Source: Nanopusillaceae archaeon | GTDB lineage: Archaea > Nanobdellota > Nanobdellia > Nanobdellales > Nanobdellaceae | Assembly (NCBI GenBank): GCA_049973735.1 | Contig: JBMFJL010000007.1 | Coordinates: forward strand, 1 to 17,644 | DNA: 17,644 nt | Direction of reading: 5' to 3' | Shown: positions 14,811-17,644 of the stretch, in pieces | How the letters are laid out: every line of letters begins with the position of its first letter | Position numbering within the stretch: the stretch's first letter is position 1 | The notes under the pieces: model-generated | What the model was told of the DNA's origin: nothing | Seen by the model: the letters and a program-made list of their open reading frames with translations, nothing else | Databases searched by the model: none | Translations under genes and position numbers: made by a program

Positions 14811-15025
14811 TGTATTGAATATGCTTTTCCAGTAAACTTTTTGCCACAATGTTCGCAATACCATATTCCAAATGCTACTCTTTTTACAGCAACATAGTTA
14901 CAATATGGACATTTCAATCTTTTGTTTCTATATTTTTCTTCAATTTCTTTTACTTTTTCTCTAATACTTTTTCCATACCTAGAACCAAATCTCCCAGCAG
15001 GACCAACTAATTTAGTATGACCCAT
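14807..15025 (-). CDS. rpl37ae: 50S ribosomal protein L37Ae (eL43)
   Basis: GHTKLVGPAGRFGSRYGKSIREKV...CPYC...WYCEHCGKKFTGKAY matches L37Ae. Confidence 0.9.
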   Translation of the reverse strand: MGHTKLVGPAGRFGSRYGKSIREKVKEIEEKYRNKRLKCPYCNYVAVKRVAFGIWYCEHCGKKFTGKAYSIQ

Positions 15026-15067
15026 TTTGTATTATAATTTAAAAATATTTTATAAATATTCCAGATT
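15026..15067. promoter_or_regulatory. 42-nt divergent promoter spacer between rpl37ae (-) and rps19e (+)
   Basis: It contains AATTTAAAAATA (about 15037-15048), ~25 nt before the rps19e ATG. It also contains TTTATAAAT (15048-15056), whose reverse complement sits ~26 nt before the rpl37ae ATG. AT-richness limits specificity. Confidence 0.35.
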
Positions 15068-15577
15068 ATGGTTACTGTAAGAGATATACCAGGAAATTTG
15101 TATGTAGAAAGATTAGCCGAATATTTATTTAAAAACTATAGAAATGTAATAAAACCACCAGTATGGGCAAATTTTGTAAAGACAGGACCGGATAGAGAAA
15201 GAAATCCTGATTTTTATGCAGAGGTAAATTTTGATGGGGGGCCTGGTTGGTGGTATTATAGAGCAGCATCAATATTGAGACAAGTATATCTAAAAGGACC
15301 AATTGGTGTATCTAGATTGAGGAAAAAGTATGGTGGTTTAAGAAAGAGAGGAATGGAGCCAGGTAGATTCGTTAAAGGTTATGGAAAAATTGTAAGATTA
15401 ATATTACAACAATTGGAGCAGGCAGGATTAGTTATGCAAGTAAAGGAAGGAAAAAAGAAAGGAAGAGTTGTTACAAATCAAGGAAAAAGTATAATGGATA
15501 AATTGGCGAAGGAAATATACGAAGAATTACCAGAAGAAAACAAAAATCTAGAAAACTATTTAAAGAGTGTTTCTTAG
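15068..15577 (+). CDS. rps19e: 30S ribosomal protein S19e (eS19)
   Basis: VTVRDIPGNLYVERLAEYL...PPVWANFVKTG...WWYYRAASILRQVYLKGPIGVSRLRKKYGG matches S19e. Confidence 0.9.
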   Translation: MVTVRDIPGNLYVERLAEYLFKNYRNVIKPPVWANFVKTGPDRERNPDFYAEVNFDGGPGWWYYRAASILRQVYLKGPIGVSRLRKKYGGLRKRGMEPGRFVKGYGKIVRLILQQLEQAGLVMQVKEGKKKGRVVTNQGKSIMDKLAKEIYEELPEENKNLENYLKSVS

Positions 15578-16043
15578 ATCTGCAAGTTTATGGGTTGAAT
15601 TTTTATTATATACTGCAGTAGCAATAACAATATTGGCATTTACTTTATACTATGTTAGATTATCAGTGCAAAATCAGCAATCTCAAATAGATCTAAAGTA
15701 TACTGTAAATTTGTTGTCAAGTTTAAATTATCAGATTGAACAAATTAGTTCATGTTATTCATGTAATTATAGATTTTTTCAGCAGTTACCAAATGGTCTA
15801 ACAATTTATGTATATCCTGGAAGAATAAATGCGGTTTATATATCAACAGTAAACTATACACTTAGTTTGCCAAATTATATTAGTTTAAATGTAAAAAGAA
15901 CAGGTTATAATGCTTTTCTATACAATTTTACATTAAATACTGTTCCTTTTAACTTACAAGGTGCCAGTAACTATACATTCACAGATAATATTTGTTTACT
16001 TTTGAATAAAACACCTTCAGGTTACTATATAAGTAAATGTTAA
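15567..16043 (+). CDS. Hypothetical secreted/membrane-anchored protein with a pilin-like N-terminus
   Basis: GTG start overlapping the rps19e end by 11 nt (start uncertain). N-terminus is MFLRSA|SLWVEFLLYTAVAITILAF: a short basic n-region, then ~20 hydrophobic residues with a Glu near the front. The remainder is N/Y/S/T-rich with 4 Cys and 4 NxS/T sequons. Confidence 0.55.
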   Translation: MFLRSASLWVEFLLYTAVAITILAFTLYYVRLSVQNQQSQIDLKYTVNLLSSLNYQIEQISSCYSCNYRFFQQLPNGLTIYVYPGRINAVYISTVNYTLSLPNYISLNVKRTGYNAFLYNFTLNTVPFNLQGASNYTFTDNICLLLNKTPSGYYISKC

Positions 16044-16480
16044 ATACAGAAAAAATTTGTATAACTTTCATTGCTTTTATTTATTATATAACAAAAACAT
16101 ATCCAGTCCGGGGGATTATATATGGTAAAATTTTTATCACAATACTTAAGTATAGAGCTATTTAAGTAAAAATATCCATTGAAATAATAACAGCAATTTA
16201 CATCAGTTCCAGTACATCTAGGTAAAGATAGATTGTGAGATGATACACAAACAAAGGAAAAATTAAAGTTTATATTTTCTACATAATTTTTAAAAAGTAA
16301 AGTATAATCTGATATATAATTATATCCAAAATTTTTGTATATATAAATTATTTCATTTTTGAAATTTTTTCCAATGATAATTGCATCTATATTTTCGATA
16401 GGTCGCATATATCTAACTGTTAAAAATGATAATAATACTATTATAAAAGCAGATGCAAGTAAAATATATTGTACTCTCAT
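16040..16480 (-). CDS. Hypothetical N-terminally anchored, Cys-rich extracellular protein
   Basis: N-terminus MRVQYILLASAFIIVLLSFLTV, followed by an N/Y/F-rich domain with 8 Cys and 6 NxS/T sequons. ATGA overlap with the upstream gene. Its stop shares the TTAA at 16040-16043 with the convergent gene. Confidence 0.6.
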   Translation of the reverse strand: MRVQYILLASAFIIVLLSFLTVRYMRPIENIDAIIIGKNFKNEIIYIYKNFGYNYISDYTLLFKNYVENINFNFSFVCVSSHNLSLPRCTGTDVNCCYYFNGYFYLNSSILKYCDKNFTIYNPPDWICFCYIINKSNESYTNFFCI

Positions 16481-16800
16481 GATAATATTATTAGTATATA
16501 TGGACTATAATTGCTTTTGCCAGAGTATAGATATTCAAATACTGGATGAAAGTTTGATACATCTGATAAATTAGTATAATTTCCAAAAAAACAAACGGTT
16601 ATGTTATAATTTGTTAAATTTATTATTTCATATATTAAATTATTATCATTGCAAGATTCGTTGAGATATCTAAACTTATTTGGGTCATAATATTCATTTA
16701 AAGAAGTCAACGTATTTTGATGATAATAATTATACAAAAAGAAGAATGTTAGTATAATAATAGAAAAAGCAAGTTCTACTAAAACAATCCACCCTCTCAT
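16477..16800 (-). CDS. Hypothetical small pilin-like membrane-anchored protein
   Basis: N-terminus MRG|WIVLVELAFSIIILTFFFLY (an Arg-Gly, then a hydrophobic helix with an early Glu). 107 aa with 2 Cys and 6 NxS/T sequons. ATGA overlaps on both sides. Confidence 0.6.
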   Translation of the reverse strand: MRGWIVLVELAFSIIILTFFFLYNYYHQNTLTSLNEYYDPNKFRYLNESCNDNNLIYEIINLTNYNITVCFFGNYTNLSDVSNFHPVFEYLYSGKSNYSPYILIILS

Positions 16801-17644
16801 TTTATATATATTATCATTTGATCTTTATATAAAGAATTGACATCTTTTGTATTTAGTATATAGATATCAAACAATTGAGAATATTTATAATTGCTTATTA
16901 AATTTCCATTATATACTGTACCATTGTAAATAGTTATATTAGCATTTATAATGTAAAAGTAAGCATCTGGATAGTTTTTTGATATATCTACTAAGTTATT
17001 TATATTTATGGCATTTATTTCTTCTATATAGTTTATTTTCATTTCTGGGATTTGCGTAGAGAACGCTAAAAATCTGGCATCACCTAAATTTATATTTGGA
17101 TTTGCATAAATGTATATGTAGTAATTTTGGTAATTTGGAATATTTGTCAATGATAAATTTAATATATACTTTCCACCAAGATTAGTTAGGTTAACAATTG
17201 GATTATAATTAGTATATAGAATTGAATTTATGTATTTTTCACATGGACTCACGTAACTTCCCGTGAGAATACCATTTTCATATGGGTAATAAATATAACC
17301 ACTCAATAAATTACTTACATCGTACACCAAATTATAAAAATTGGAATAATCTACTACTAATCCATAATTTCTCTGGCTTGTATTCCAGTAAATTAAATTG
17401 GAAGAATTGTAATATTTTTGTGTATCGAATACATACCAGTAGGAGTCAGAAAATAAGATATCTTTTATTGATAAATTTGTGGAATTGTATAAATACATTA
17501 TTGCTAAAGGTTCTTTATATACATAATTAGTTAAGTTATAAGGTTCATATTGGGAAGTATAGAAAGAATATGCTATTTCTTGCCAGATATCAATAAAATA
17601 ATAGCCAGTAGGAGAAACAATAGGGATACTACATACGTATGTCG
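16797..17644 (-). CDS. Large Asn/Tyr-rich putative surface protein, C-terminal part; the 5' end lies outside the window
   Basis: I translated the frame upstream of the ORF-track ATG (17498) by hand. It stays open to the window edge (...TYVCSIPIVSPTGYYFIDIWQEIAYSFYTSQYEPYNLTNYVYKEPLAIMYLYNST...). It is very poor in K/E compared with the cytoplasmic proteins here and has many NxS/T sequons. Confidence 0.6.
   Translation of the reverse strand, partial: TYVCSIPIVSPTGYYFIDIWQEIAYSFYTSQYEPYNLTNYVYKEPLAIMYLYNSTNLSIKDILFSDSYWYVFDTQKYYNSSNLIYWNTSQRNYGLVVDYSNFYNLVYDVSNLLSGYIYYPYENGILTGSYVSPCEKYINSILYTNYNPIVNLTNLGGKYILNLSLTNIPNYQNYYIYIYANPNINLGDARFLAFSTQIPEMKINYIEEINAININNLVDISKNYPDAYFYIINANITIYNGTVYNGNLISNYKYSQLFDIYILNTKDVNSLYKDQMIIYIK

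Noticed and set aside
14811-14864. Long version of rpoP (MVLRTLWQKVYWKSIFNT...)
   Set aside because: It overlaps the rpl37ae C-terminus by 58 nt. Rpo12 proteins are ~45-50 aa, and the ATG at 14808-14810 gives the canonical length and an ATGA junction.
1-17644. CRISPR arrays, tRNA genes or split tRNA halves, and transposase/integrase or terminal inverted repeats
   Set aside because: The only GC-rich islands, where tRNAs would be expected in this genome, are the 5S rRNA and the sRNA. I saw no direct repeats with unique spacers and no recombinase-like ORF. A tRNAscan-SE/Infernal and CRISPR-finder run is still needed for certainty.

Overview
This is an AT-rich, very gene-dense archaeal housekeeping window. 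Structural RNAs stand out as GC-rich islands, which suggests a (hyper)thermophile. Three things point to a reduced DPANN/Nanoarchaeota-like genome (inference only): a single-polypeptide PriS plus PriL-C-terminal-domain primase, a broken ribosomal-protein cluster, and pervasive 4-nt ATGA gene overlaps.

Content from left to right:
- translin-like protein (partial), M50 site-2 protease, L40e, 2H phosphoesterase (LigT/ThpR), YdjM-like membrane hydrolase, a coiled-coil protein, Pth2, a hypothetical protein
- RNase P protein Rpp21, whose ORF reads straight through a 5S rRNA gene
- a canonical C/D-box sRNA on the minus strand, invisible to the ORF track
- an S17-L14-L24-S4e-L5-L6-L32e cluster that lacks S14/S8 and is cut off after L32e
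- two tandem, apparently paralogous unknown genes
- a small Toprim protein convergently overlapping the fused primase
- Rpo7, Spt4, GluRS, prefoldin beta, SepF-like, ZPR1-like Zn-finger protein, a mini Pcc1-like protein, RpoP, L37ae, S19e
- at the right edge, a cluster of four Asn/Tyr/Cys-rich, sequon-dense, N-terminally membrane-anchored proteins, the last running off the window

That last cluster looks like an uncharacterised surface or pilus-like module and is my best candidate for a novel system. The C/D sRNA and the rpp21/5S overlap come next. I saw no CRISPR array, tRNA, transposase or integrase.
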